In this document: positions 39,575 to 53,730 of the stretch, one piece after another
How the letters are laid out: every line of letters begins with the position of its first letter
Numbering within the stretch: position 1 is the stretch's first letter
Origin: Eledone cirrhosa
Taxonomy: Eukaryota
Direction of reading: 5' to 3'
DNA length: 64,000 bases
NCBI GenBank assembly: GCA_964016885.1
Contig: OZ024746.1
Location: 86,676,001 to 86,740,000, forward strand
Notes under the pieces: model-generated
Databases searched by the model: none
The model's input: the letters and a program-made list of their open reading frames with translations, nothing else
Told to the model about the DNA's origin: nothing
Position numbers and translations under genes: made by a program

Positions 39575-39760
39575 CGGTGGATTGGCAGTATCGGTAGAGG
39601 GTCGGACGCCATGCTTTGACGCATAGAATTACGCCCCTTGCCATTCTGAGTTCAAATCCCGCCGAGGTTAACTTTGCCTTTCATCCTTGCGGGGTCGATA
39701 AAATAAAGTACCAGTAATGCACTGGGTAATTGCTGGCCTTGTGCCAAAAAGTAGAAACAA
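39575..39760 (+). mobile_element. tRNA-derived SINE
   Basis: consensus; TSD tattatcagtttaat. Confidence 0.95.
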
Positions 39761-41263
39761 TATTATCAGTTTAATGATAAACCTATTAATACGTCTATAT
39801 GTTGCAATCTTTAGCTTGACGGGAAACAAAACCTGGGTATGTCACAGAATTCACTAGATTGCTGAATGTCTTCTAAACCAGGAGGCCATCGACTAAAAAA
39901 GTGCCGGGAATGCCAGTAAAATTGGAGGTCGGAAACGAAGACAACCATTTATAGTGGTTGTTGAATATTTCCTTCCCTCCACACATCAAGCAGATACCAC
40001 TATCTAAGAGAAAATATGTAACAGGGGGTACTGGAAATGGTATACAAAGTCTTCGGAATGGTGAGCAGTCCTTCGGCAGGAAGAGAGTGGGATGAAGGAC
40101 AATCAAACGCAGTCATCTCGCTAGTGTTTCATATATACATTTACAAACATCCATACGTATATGCATACATTTGCATGTATACATGTTTGTATGTTTCCAT
40201 ATATATATTTGTGTTTATTCGGGCGAGTAGTAGATTTATTTATATGACAGTGAAACTAGAAAGGTTTACACATTACTATGTTTCGTATTTATTTTCTCGC
40301 ATCATGTAAAAATCGTTTTTCTTTATATTAAGCATTGAAATTACAACTTTCCTTGCTTGTTCCATAATTACATTGACTGTCTCCTTTTATTTAACATGAG
40401 CTTATGTTCAAGATTGTATGTGATTAACTTAACAAACTGACTTCTTCGCTTTTTTTGTAGTAAAAAAAAACAACAGATAAGCGTTGTAATTCTTAACCTT
40501 TATATATCATCATTCCAATGCATTCATCTTGATATTAAATGGTTTCTTCAACGCTGATCGTTTGGGAAAAGAAAGATCTTCATTAAGATGTTATCTGCTG
40601 TATGTTTAAGAGCGTGTGTCTATGTAAGAATAAAAAAAAACACAGTATATGTGCCCGTTAGTTCTGCGAGTTTTGACAGCCAAAATACCTGCCGTTTCAC
40701 TCTTTAATGTCAGAAAAATGTAAGAACACATTAGAACATTTAGACTGCTATGTCCCTAAAGATTCTCAACAGAGTTGTGTGTCTAAAGAACCGATCGAAG
40801 GTGGTGAATAGCGATGCAACACTGCGATTTGAGTGGGTTTCTGTTGGACGAATAATGACCCATAACTCAAACAGCAATAAGCTTCCAGGGTAGATGAAGC
40901 ATTGGGTGACACTGTTAGCTCCCAGGACAACTCTCCCATCCAGTGGTATAATTACGACGAGGCAAGTAAAGGAAGCTCTAAAAAAGCTGGTACGAATACG
41001 AACACCAAACTTGCAGTATGGTCAGATGTAATAAAAGAAATCATACCGCATAATCCTTCCTGCGGAGTAACAACGGACCGTTTCATGCCTTAGGTAGAGG
41101 GGCCTGTTAAAAAAAATATATACCCATCTCGATCATGCATCGTAAAAACTAGCGATAGGCTTGTGACGTGTCCGGGAAGACATGGAACCGACGCACAAAT
41201 GTTGCGCATCCCAAGAGCCCACAGAGGATCGAGAAAAAAAGGTTCGCTGTACTTACTATATGT

Positions 41264-41347
41264 GCCTTTTCCGCGCGGTTTCGAATCCCAAAATAAACAG
41301 ATCATCCAAACGGATTGCCATTGAGAAGGGGAATCTCGTCAGAAGGC
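41264..41347 (-). ncRNA. hammerhead motif, inverted copy with mutated cleavage triplet (GAA)
   Basis: rc: gcctt CTGACGA gattccc...gggattc GAAA ccgcgcgg AA aaggc. Confidence 0.65.
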
Positions 41348-41774
41348 TGTTATCGCTCGGAGAATATAAAATTCTCGAGTTCAAATCACAAACTGGCGCC
41401 ATACAAAACTGTTCCCGAATGAGAGTAATTTGCTAGACCTTGATTTTATATGTTCTGGCTTGTTAATTTATTAACCTGTCATAGAACCACATTGGCATAC
41501 AGTTGGAAAATACTTGTATCCCTATATGTATTTTTTACACGTAGGAACACATACTTTATTATTAATCTCCCCTAAGTTTGAGATAACATTTGGTCGTTTG
41601 AACTGCTGCTACCTTTAATAGCAGGACATTGACCTATCCGTCCTGCCTTTTGTCTTTACACACGGCACTAGGCAAAATTGTTTCTTCCCTCATTCACTCT
41701 CATTCGGGAACAGTTTTGTATGGCGCCAGTTTGTGGTTTGAACTCGGGAATTTTATATTCTCCGAGCGAGAATA

Positions 41775-41858
41775 GCCTTCTGACGAGATTCCCATTCTCA
41801 ATGGATTTCCGCTTGGATTATCTATTTATTTTGGGATTCGAAACTGCGCGGTAAAGGC
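41775..41858 (+). ncRNA. type I hammerhead ribozyme motif
   Basis: gcctt CTGACGA gattccca...tgggattc GAAA ctgcgcgg TA aaggc; GUA triplet. Confidence 0.85.
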
Positions 41859-42092
41859 ACATATAGTAAGTACAGCGAACCTTTTAAAATTTATTTTAAA
41901 ACTTTTACTCTATTTTCTAGACCTTGATTTTATATGTTCTGGCTTGTTAATTTATTAACCCGCCATAGAACAACATTGGCATACGGTTGGATAATACTTG
42001 TATCCCTATATGTATTTTTTACACGTAGGAACACATATTTTATTATATATATATATAAATATAAATTAATCTGAGTTTTTCGAATATTAATA

Positions 42093-42280
42093 ATTGTTTC
42101 TACTTTTGGCACAAGGCCATCAATTACCCAGTGCATTACTGGTACTTTATTTTATCGACCCCGTAAGGATGAAAGGCAAAGTTAACCTCGGCGGGATTTG
42201 AACTCAGATCATACAGGGAGGTAACTCTATGCTTCAAAGCATGGCGTCCGACCCTCTACCGATACTGCCAATCCACCGCC
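42093..42280 (-). mobile_element. tRNA-derived SINE
   Basis: consensus; TSD ttttcgaatattaataat. Confidence 0.95.
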
Positions 42281-42527
42281 TTTTCGAATATTAATAATAA
42301 CATTCGATTCGTTTGCAATTATGCAAACAAGCCTCATCTTTAAAGCCATGTCAGTAGAATGAACCCTTCATTCTTCCTCTTGTGTTGGCATGTGAACAGA
42401 ACTGCAGACACCAATGTTTCTGAGTATCACCCTTCATCAGTACAGCTCATTGTCCACCTGCCAACTGTCAGAGCTAGTGAAAATATATGCTATTTTCTAA
42501 AATATACATACACCCTTCATATATACG

Positions 42528-42818
42528 CTTTTACTCTTTTACATGTACCAGCCATCCGGCTGAGGCCATGTTGGGGCACCGCTCCTATTGCTACACATTC
42601 TATCTCCAGCCTGTGTTGGCTGGCCACTGGTCTCAGAGTGAGTTCGTTGCTGCTGCCCTTAGGTTACCTTCGTACCGTGCTGTGAACTGACGCGGTATCC
42701 TGGATAGCAGAGTGCCAAGATGTTTTTTGAAAACATCCACGTCCACACCATGCAGATCCCTCAAATTTCTTGGCAGCTTGTTGAAGAGTTGAGGGCCTTT
42801 GAACCCCAGGCTCTTGAA
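42528..42818 (-). mobile_element. short 3' fragment of the same CR1-like LINE as 1-1219
   Basis: colinear with 1-290 (SLGFKGPQLFN.LPR.LRDLH.V.VDVFKKHL). Confidence 0.9.
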
Positions 42819-43351
42819 TGTATATATATAGGCAAGTAAACATACATGCATATAGACACATACGCACACATATATATGTACATATTTATATACACACGCA
42901 CGCACACATACACATACGTATATATACGCAATTATATGTGCGTGTGTGTAGGTGGCTATGTCAGTATCTCTGTGCATACATTGCCTCATAGATAACAACA
43001 TCAGTTGAGCCTAATTATGTGTTTCTATTTTTATATGGTAGATATTTGCTGCAAAACATAGTGAACTGTTGAGAATTATTAGGCGTGAAAGGTGGGCATG
43101 AATTCTACTATCGCTATTGTGTACAGGGGACAGGCATCCTGAGTAGATTGTAGTATTGCTTCAATATATATATAAATATAACGACATTTAATATATAAAT
43201 GAAACAGATCTAGAGCTGTAGAAGCCATTTCTATATTAAATTTCGTAGTTCTGACACTACTTATGTATTGCGGACCTTATTTACTGTGGTCACCCTCGAT
43301 TTCATTCGGGATAGACATATGTATATACGTATATACATATAATATACACCT

Positions 43352-43427
<76 letters not shown>

Positions 43428-43822
43428 TATATATATATATATATATATATTGAACCACCTAGGTACTATGACATAACCTGTGTATTTGCTGGCATGGACG
43501 TACATCTGTGCGCCTATGTTAGTTGATATATTAAATTATCTATATTTATCTCCAAATCACTGATTTGTCGAGCAAACCTGCCAAAACCACTTCAAAATTT
43601 TTTTGGGGGTGTTAGTAGGCGTCAGTCATCTTACCATCCCATTCCTTCTAACTAGCCTCTATGTCACGTGATTGATTCTTTAGAATCGGCCATTTGACTG
43701 GAAGCAGTGAGAATTTCAGTACATAAAATCCAGTCCTCGCCTAGCTGTTCTTTCTACCGAATTATTATTTTTATATGAGCCGCCAGTGTCCGCGCATTGC
43801 CTGGAGGCTCAGCTGAGAATAG

Positions 43823-43904
43823 ACTCCCTGATGACGCAATGAATTCTTGACAGTTGGATTATGTAACTGTCTTTATCCCATTGCAGAAACTAATTAGTTG
43901 GAGT
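43823..43904 (+). ncRNA. type I hammerhead ribozyme motif
   Basis: actcc CTGATGA cgcaatg...cattgca GAAA ctaattag TT ggagt; extra hairpin gacagtt/aactgtc in stem II. Confidence 0.82.
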
Positions 43905-43972
43905 GAAAATTTAAGTAAGTAAGTAAAAAATTTTTTTAAAATTAAAAAAAAAAAATATTTTCTTATTTTACG

Positions 43973-44045
<73 letters not shown>

Positions 44046-44141
44046 GTATATACATACATACATATATATATATGTATATATATATATAAAAAATAAAATA
44101 AAATAAATAAATCAAATGTTTAAAATTTGGCTTCGTTTATT

Positions 44142-44196
44142 ACTGCTATATATATTTCGGTGACAGCCATCTTTGGCTGTGACCTCTTCAGGCAGT
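44142..44196 (-). ncRNA. type I hammerhead ribozyme motif
   Basis: rc: actgc CTGAAGA ggtcacagcca-aaga-tggctgtcacc GAAA tatata TA gcagt. Confidence 0.88.
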
Positions 44197-44483
44197 CCGA
44201 ATTAGTGTGGTAGAGACGAGTACACATGTTGTTGAGCTGTATAACTTTGTCAATACTCTGACATGCCCAGTTCCTGGTTGGATTGTTATTTCACTGAGGA
44301 ACTGGAATCATATATATATATATAGGAAAAGAATCAGGGCCCCGACGGCTGAGTTCCGGCCGTTTCGACAGCTATCTCTGAACTGTCCATTGTATCGAGT
44401 ACTCTGGTGCGTTATGGTCCACCTGGTTCGTTACCACACTTCTTTCGTTATATATATATATATATAATATATGCACATACATA

Positions 44484-44518
<35 letters not shown>

Positions 44519-44920
44519 GGAGAAATTTGAACTGAAAATTCGTCATTGTAATATTGGATTCATAGTGTTAATATCTCTGAAAATAGATGTTTTCAAGCTG
44601 AAAAGCATTCACGTCTTTGTGTTTGGTTCAAGAAGCATTTTTCCCCATCCACCTCATATGTATGGAAATATATTTATAACAAGTAAAACCAGTATCCAAG
44701 TCCTGTTTTCTAGAAATTGCTTTTTCTAGATGCATACATAAATATTAAATTTCAACAGAAGTGATTAAATAAATAACATTTCTATGTTATGTCCTTTATT
44801 TATATATATATGTATGTGTGTATATATATGTATATATATATATATATATGTGTGTATATATATGTATATATTAATATATATATATATATATATATATATA
44901 CGAGAGGCTGTTAAAGCAAT

Positions 44921-45108
44921 AATTGTTTCTACTTTAGGCACAAGGCCAGCAATTACCCAGTGCATTACTGGTATTTTATTTTATCGACCCCGTAAGGATG
45001 AAAAGCAAAGTAATCCTCGGCGGGATTTGAACTCAGACCGTAAAGGGACGTAACTATGCTGGAAAGCATGGCGTCCGCCTCTCTACCGATACTGCCAATC
45101 CACCGCCC
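44921..45108 (-). mobile_element. tRNA-derived SINE
   Basis: consensus; TSD aggctgttaaagcaataat. Confidence 0.95.
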
Positions 45109-45224
45109 AGGCTGTTAAAGCAATAATGTCCTTAAGAAATGAAATTTCCTTAAATTCATGTATTTCATTACTTACTTCTTAATGTTCAGGACGGAGAAAA
45201 CAAACAATCCAAACACACACACTT

Positions 45225-45369
<145 letters not shown>

Positions 45370-45901
45370 CCCCCCCCCCCCACACACACTAAATGAATCA
45401 CATTAACAATAAAATACAAATATAACTATATTTATAACTTATGCACAGACACAGTTTCACACCTTAAGATATCATACATATTGGTACATAATCATACACA
45501 CACATTCAAAGATAGCACATGCATACATACACACGTACACATACACGCACACAGAAACACACACACACACAAATACACACACACACATGCATAAGGTTAT
45601 ATGCATTTTCATTCATATCAGTGATTATAAACTTCTTTATTCGACTACCTACATTCTCCCTTTCTTCATTTTCCCTAAATGACATTTCCATTTATATATA
45701 TATATTATTCCACATAAATGTGTTTGCTTGTTTGTTTGATTATTTTCATTTGTTTTATCTTACTGTTTCTTTATCTCTTTTAGCATAGCCATAAACTTGC
45801 ATCTCTCACACATTGGAAGGTAAGAATTTGTAATCAGTCAACTAACATACAATTTAAGACATAGCCATACCCATAGCAAAGAATTTGAACATTCATGTAT
45901 A

Positions 45902-46595
45902 TATGAGGGCAAGGCAAAAATGATCCGAACTTTCACCATGACATATCTTTAGGTGTGTCACACTGCCTTATGCTCATGTGTACTTATAGTTGGTACTATT
46001 GTGGTCAGGTGAAGAAAGTTTGAGCTTGATTGCGACAGTTTTCTTGCTGCTGTTACAGTGTAAACATGGCCGGTCTGCTAGCATTGTGCACCAACGAGGA
46101 ACAAAAAAAAAAATTGATCCAAATTCACTGATCGGAGTTTGCTTCAGGGACTGAAATTCATAGGAGACTTGTAACACAATACGGTGACAGTGTAATATCG
46201 CGTAGAAGTGTGTATGAGTGGATCAAGAAGTTTAAATGAGTGGATCAAGAAGTTTAAAAGTGGTCGGACAAACATGACGTACCTAGGAGCTGGACGCCCG
46301 TCAAGCTCCACCACTGACGAGAAGATTCAGCAAGCTAAAGAGATGATAATGGCGAACCGGCAAGTTATCATCGATGTGGTAGCATGTTCTGCCTATCACA
46401 TCATCCATGACGAGCTCGGCTTCCATTTGTCTGTGCGAGATGGGTGCCAAGAGAACTTACCGCAGAGCACAAGCGCAAACGGGTTACGGTCTGCCAACGT
46501 TTACATGACCGCTACAACAACGAAGGCGAAGAATCTTTAGCAGAATAGTAACATAAGATGAAATGTGATTCTATCACTATGAACCAGAAGCCAAA
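45902..46595 (+). mobile_element. mariner (Tc1/mariner) 5' fragment with decayed transposase N-terminus
   Basis: TIR-like ta-tgagggc start; QYGDSVISRRSVYEWIKKF, GRP, CARWVPRELT, DE..F.HYEPE; truncated at (TAGA)n. Confidence 0.88.
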
Positions 46596-46634
46596 TAGAT
46601 AAATAGATAGATAGATAAATAGATAGATAAATAG

Positions 46635-46665
<31 letters not shown>

Positions 46666-46690
46666 AATATATAGATAGATAAATAGATAA

Positions 46691-46721
<31 letters not shown>

Positions 46722-46746
46722 AATATATAGATAGATAAATAGATAA

Positions 46747-46777
<31 letters not shown>

Positions 46778-46992
46778 AATATATAGAGAAATACATAAAT
46801 GGATAGATAGATAGATAGATAAATAGAAAGATAGATAAATAGATAGACAGATACATAGATAGATAGATAAATGGATAGATAGACAGACAAATAGGTAGCT
46901 AGAGAAGAAGAAGAAGAAGAAGAAGAAGAAGAAGAAAAAGAAGAAGAAGAAGAAGAAGAAGAAGAAGAAGAAGAAGAAGAAGAAGAAGAAGA
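46594..46992. repeat. (TAGA/TAAA)n followed by (GAA)n
   Basis: direct reading. Confidence 0.95.
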
Positions 46993-47909
46993 CTAACGCA
47001 ATCCATTACTTTCTTGTGATTCAAGCATCATACAATCATTTAATTTGCTGTACGGAACATTACACTGGAATATTTCTGTGATCGTTTGCTTAGCCAGCAA
47101 CCTAGAAGCCAACAACCAAAACGACAGAGCAGTTCAAACAGCAAAGGCCACATAATTGAACTTTGAGGAAGGCTACACATAAGGCCCTAGGAATCTGAAG
47201 TATCATTTATAACAACTTGCTCTAATGGTCCTTTGAGAAAATATTTGAAACTATTTCAAAGCAGAGTCGCAGACCCACGATATCCTTATACAAAATATCC
47301 AATACCCATTTAGCATTGATCAATACTATCAAAGGCGGCAGAAAGATCAAATAGTAAAACAACAGATCAAAGTTTGCGATCAATAGTAACCAATAAGTTA
47401 TTCAGGAATTTGAGAAATCTTTTAATACTGTGACGCTTCTTATAATCGATTTGAATATTAACATGTAAATTATAATTATTCCTTCTTTCGTTTTAACCTA
47501 CATATTTAAAGATCAAACGATTCACATCATATAATATTTTAGTATTTTAAAAGATTCAGCCATTAAACTGCGGCCATGCATCTTCTTTAATGTCATTTCT
47601 TTAGCGTCTTCTTTAAATACTAAACGAAATTATGTTATCAACATTTGAATGACAAGGTTTATAGAATAGATTCTGTGAGTTTAACAGAAACTAAAGTCGA
47701 CACAGAACAAAATAGTGAGGTTTGAATTAGATAACTCTTACAAAAATAGCATATATGGAAATTCAAAATTTACATTAATGAAAAAATGAAAGGATATCCT
47801 TTTTCCATAAAAGGAAAAGCTATGTCTGGTTGGTTTAATAACACAGTCAAACCACTGCAAGCAAATTCATTGGTTTGTTACGTTGTTACGTTGCCACTAG
47901 CTAAAGCGA

Positions 47910-48166
47910 CTCCTCCTCCTCCTTCTTCTTCTTCTTCTTCTTCTTCTTCTTCTTCTTCTTCTTCTTCTTCTTCTTCTTCTTCTTCTTCTTCTTCTTCTTC
48001 TTCTTCTTCTTCTTCTTCTTCTTCTTCTTCTTCTTCTTCTTCTTCTTCTTCTTCTTCTTCTTCTTCTTCTTCTTCTTCTTCTTCTTCTTCTTCTTCTTCT
48101 TCTTCTTCTTCTTCTTCTTCTTCTTCTTCTTCTTCTTCTTCTTCTTCTTCTTCTTCTTCTTCTTCT
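47910..48166. repeat. (TTC)n, about 80 units
   Basis: direct reading. Confidence 0.98.
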
Positions 48167-48294
48167 TTAACATTGAAAATACGATTACGGAAACTGCGAA
48201 TGAAATTGGATTTCCTTAGTTCAATTCCACCTTGATCCAGACTATATTTGTTAATTGACACTGCAGCCATCATGCATTCATGTATATTCTTTTA

Positions 48295-48805
48295 CACAGA
48301 AAAAATCCACCCGGTCTCTTGACGTAGATTTCTCCCAGCCACTCGCTTATCTTCTCCTCAACCATCCAGCCTTTTCGGTTCACCTTCATGATGACTCCAG
48401 CCGGAAACGTTTCTTTTGGCAGTGATTTCCTATTGAAAATGACCATGGGTGGTAGCTTCTTGTCATTGGCCTGGCAACCGAGCACTACTGTGAAAGATGA
48501 CTTCTCGTTCCCTGTGGTATGTATAGATACCGTACGGGTCCCTGTTTTCTCGACAGTACGGCTCATGGGGATGTCGAAGGTAAGGGACACTTCGTCCATG
48601 TTGGAGATGCGGGCTGGCTGGATCTTCTTTTCAGTGATCTTGTTCTTGCAGTAGGTGCGGATGATGGCCAGCTTTTCTTCGTAATTCTCTGGCAGCTGCT
48701 GTGAGACGGGAGTTCTTGTGCGGATGGAGAGATGACGCCTTTTCATAAAACGAAAACACCAAGAAGGGCGTCCTTGAAAATAGCTGATCTTCATGTCACG
48801 TGCCA
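48295..48805 (-). pseudogene. pogo/Tigger-type transposase fragment
   Basis: SWCFRFMKRRHLSIR.RT..SQQLP, NMDEV.LTFD, TTGNEK..FTVVL.C.A...KLPPMVIF, KGWM. Confidence 0.9.
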
Positions 48806-48996
48806 TCGCTGTCACACGTGCACTCAGACAGGCACACACACACAGACACACACATCACCATAACCGAAGTCCGACAAGCTTTTGATTCCAGATTCGGGCT
48901 AGATTGATACAGATCAAACCTTGAGTTGACCAATAGCGAAACGCGCGTCACTACACAATACATGCAATGAAGACATAACAAATCATCATCATTTTA

Positions 48997-49054
<58 letters not shown>

Positions 49055-49175
49055 CAAAGATGTTGTGGTAAGATACCAGGTGGACTATACCGCACCAGAG
49101 TACTCAATACTTAGGTTCAATCGGATCTAGCTGTCGAAACGGCCGGAGCTTAGCCTTCGGGGTCCTGACTCTTTT

Positions 49176-49262
<87 letters not shown>

Positions 49263-50069
49263 TATAACTTAAAACTCAGTTTATATTTACCATATTTCAC
49301 TCATGATGTATTTGTAAAATTCTGAAGCAGGCGTTGCGAAACGATATTATTTACCACAAAGTCATGTTTGTTCTCATGCTTGTATTGAATTATTTAAGTC
49401 AGGCTCCGAAATAATTATTGAGAAGAAATGAACGTCACAACATCTCAGTTAAACAAATCAGCGCTTCAATATAGGAAATGATTAATTTCACGACCGAATT
49501 CATAATATCCTTGAATAGAAGATATCTAGTTCTTTAATTATTGCTACTAATTAACTGCTCTTTGTTTGTCATTTAATTTCGGTCAATAAATCTATTGGTC
49601 ATTTGTACATTTTAATGCGACTGGACACAAAAGCAAAGCAGATAAATGATTAAATTTATTCGTATCAATAATAAAAGGAAAAGTTAAGACTAAATCGTTT
49701 ATACGCTTCTCGCTGAAACCAATTCGATAACAATATCGACAATAGAAAGAGGTTTTCTGGAACAATGAGAGTGAGATGTGAACAATAGCATTGCGGAAAG
49801 CCGTAACAAAAGTTTTATGTTGTTTCACTGATAACAAGCATTTTTGTCACGGTCAATTTCTTCGACCCTTTGACAATTGTTTAATAAATCTCAAATAATG
49901 GCACCGATCATCGTGTGTAAAGAAAAACAAAGGAAAGCAAACTACTAAAAGCAAACGCTAAAAACAAAGACACCAAAAATAATAACAACCCAACCCAGCC
50001 ATAATACACAAAATAAAACATTGATTTAGTATATCAAACAATTATAGAAGTTATACAATCAACCCACCC

Positions 50070-50610
<541 letters not shown>

Positions 50611-50973
50611 TACATACAATATATTGCAACTTACAAAGGGAGAGGAATGAGTGAAGTAACAAATTTCGTTTTTTGTTTGTTCGTGATGGCAAACCGTTGT
50701 CGTTAGCTATTGGGGATTGAATGTGCATTATAAGATTAATGAACTATCCTTTCCCAAAGCGAGGCTGTACTGTACTAAACACAAACATACAGTGGTTATT
50801 TACCGAACAGTGATAAAAGCGAGTGTTTGCTTTATTAATTCGTAATGTTTAACTGAAACGACGAAGCGTGTACCATTTTATTAACAGTTGGAAAGGCGTA
50901 GAATGAATATTTACTAGTGTAAATACGAATGGTTTTTGTTACATTAGCACTGTAATATATAGATGTTCAACGT

Positions 50974-51122
50974 GGGGAATTGGCAGAGTCGTTAGAACGT
51001 CGGATAAATACTTAATGGTATTCATTTCGGCTCTCTGTTCTCTGAATTCAAATCTCACCGAGGTCAACTTTGCCTTTCATCCTTTCAAGGACGATAAAAA
51101 AAGTACCAGTCTAGTACTGGGG
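50974..51122 (+). mobile_element. older SINE copy (head variant matching the 29-mer array)
   Basis: gaattggcagagtcgttagaacgtcggataaa...gaggtcaactttgcctttcatcc. Confidence 0.8.
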
Positions 51123-51338
51123 TGGAATTTTCGTCTCTATCTTTTTCTTATTTCCTTTCTCCCACTTTTTATCTTTCTCTGGAAGAAATCTGCTAAACTC
51201 AGGCCTGGAGAGGGATGGGCTCCACCAGGCTTAAAAATGCCCAAGAAACGCTCTATGTTGAGGTGTATAAACGATAGAACGGAAACCTATATATCTTTTG
51301 TTCAGTTTAGTAAACAACTCACCCACTGTTATACAAAA

Positions 51339-52360
51339 CATATATTTGATCGTATTTTTGCGCAATTTGTCCTAATCTTGAGCTACACAAAAACACCTAC
51401 AATAACTCGGAAGGGATAGAAGCTAAAGATGACCCAGGTATGCTTAAATAATTGTTTCTAGTTTTGGCACAAAGCCAGCAATTATGTCAGTGCATTACTG
51501 GTACTTTATTTTATCGACCCCGTAAGGATCAAAGGCAAAGTTAACCTCGGCGGGATTTGAACTCAGACCATAAAGGGGCGTAATTCGATACAGTGAAAGC
51601 ATGAAACCTGAATATATCTATACATTCACACTTACATTTTCTGCTTCTGCCAAACAACTGATTTTTGCAGTTTAAAATTATATTGAACGTCTGCCAAAAT
51701 GGTTTGTGGTATTTGTTCCGACTCTTTATGTGCTAAGTTCAAATTCCGCCGAGGCTGCATTTGCTTTTCATTCTTCCTTGGTCGATAGAATAAAGTATCA
51801 GTCAAGTACTTGTGTAGACATAATCATCTAACCCTTCCCACATCAAACTGATGACCATGTGCTGCTGTTAGAAACAATTGCTGCAATGGAGGATTTGAAG
51901 GGTCGTTAGAGCATCGGACAAAATCCTTTATACCATTTAATTACGATTTCACTTTCTGAGTTTATATCCTTCCGTGATCCACGTTGCCTTTCATCCTCTT
52001 GAGGTCTATAAAATAAAGTACCAGTAAAGTATTGCGGCTGATATAATCGACGTCCCCAGTCCTCCAAACTGTGTGCCTTGTGCCAACATTAAGTAGGGTC
52101 GGATGCCATGCTTTGCAGCATAGAGTTACGCCCCTTTATGGTCTGAGTTCAAATCCCGCCGAGGTTAACTTTGCCTTTCATCCTTACGGGGTCGATAAAA
52201 TAAGGTACCAGTAATGCACTGAGATAATTGCTGGCCTTGTGCCAAAAGTAGAAACAATTATTTAAGCATATCTGGGTCATCTTTAGCTTCTATCCCTTCC
52301 GAGTTGTTGTAGGTGTTTTTGTGTAGCTCAAGATTGCGCAAAAATACGATCAAATATATG
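51339..52360. repeat. inverted duplication (~260-bp arms, each containing a SINE part plus flank) around two old SINEs
   Basis: 51339-51603 is the reverse complement of ~52108-52360. Confidence 0.9.
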
Positions 52361-53274
52361 TCAACCAGGACTACCTCAATTATTCTTTTGTCGTATGTAA
52401 CTAATGTGTCGTTTCTCTTTTAAGCGGTAGGGCATAATATGAAAGAGAATTGTCTGTCTGCTATTTAATGCCCAACAGTCTATGAAATCGGGGATTCAAC
52501 ATTGGGTTGGGAGAAAATAAGTATCGTCAAATAATCTCAAACAGAGTACTAATAGAAATGTCCAAATGATTTTTTTCTCAAATATAAAAACCATTAAAAA
52601 AAAAAAAAAAATTGGTTATATATGCTAGACTGGCTTTGTATTTCATAGCGAGACTTCGTATATACGGTTGAAAGGATTCTTGGTGAATCGAGACCGAAAC
52701 TGAATTACACAGCGAAACTGTTTTATGTGGTTTATATTTTTCTGAGTTCTTAAAATATTAAACATTTTCTCTATCAGTTTACTTTCTTTGTACGTGTAGA
52801 CATATTTTAATGCGGCTTTATTTGTTTATTTTTAATACTCTGATATCACTCCACTTTTGTGTGTTCATTTTTACTTGATATTATTTTAATTAAAATGTTT
52901 TCAAAGCAAGTGATATTTAAATTTTCTTTGTTTTAAACTTTGAAGTCGCGAATGACTAACATATTTTTTAATCGCTGCTGTAATTTCTTTAAATTATTTA
53001 TGAAACCATGGAACTCTGGGAACGTGCTGCAAGTCTAATTAATATATTGTAGTTGTATCAATGAATTCTGAAGAATAGTTTCATGAAAAATTTACAGGGT
53101 AAAAAAATTAACAGGAAAACTTCAATAAATGACTGATATATTATATTACTGTTGTATTGCTTTATTTAAGAGTAGACAAATCCAGTTCAAGGTCCTTTGG
53201 AGAACACTTTCTGTAGTTGGTGATAGATAGATGGGAATACATACAGACAAAAAGAGTAATACATCTTCTAGTAA

Positions 53275-53382
53275 CGCTAAACTCCGCCAGTTGCAGACTG
53301 CGCATCAACATGAGATATCTCTCTCCACAAAGTTCGATCACCAGCAGCAGAGTTCAAAGAGCAAAGATCAAGTCCAGTCCAT
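53275..53382 (-). mobile_element. RTE/BovB-like extreme 3' fragment
   Basis: near identity to 9526-9593. Confidence 0.7.
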
Positions 53383-53730
53383 GAACGTAATACATAGATA
53401 GATACAAATCAATGTATGTGTGTGTGTGTGGGTGTGGGTGTGTGTGTGTGTTCTAGAAGCTAGTGTTTTATTTCAGTGTCATCTCTATCGAAACCAGTTA
53501 CCACAATGTTGATAGATAGATAAATAGATAGATAGGAATACATAGATATAGAAAGAATAGTACATAAATAGATACAACTCAATCTGTGTGTGTTTGCGCG
53601 CGGGTGGTAAAGGCTAAGGTTATATTTCGCTGTAATTTCTAGCAAGATAGGCTACCACAACATAGCTCTTTGCGCCATGTACGACAGACAGGCACACAGA
53701 CAAATCGATAAAGGGCCAACCGCAGGCCTT

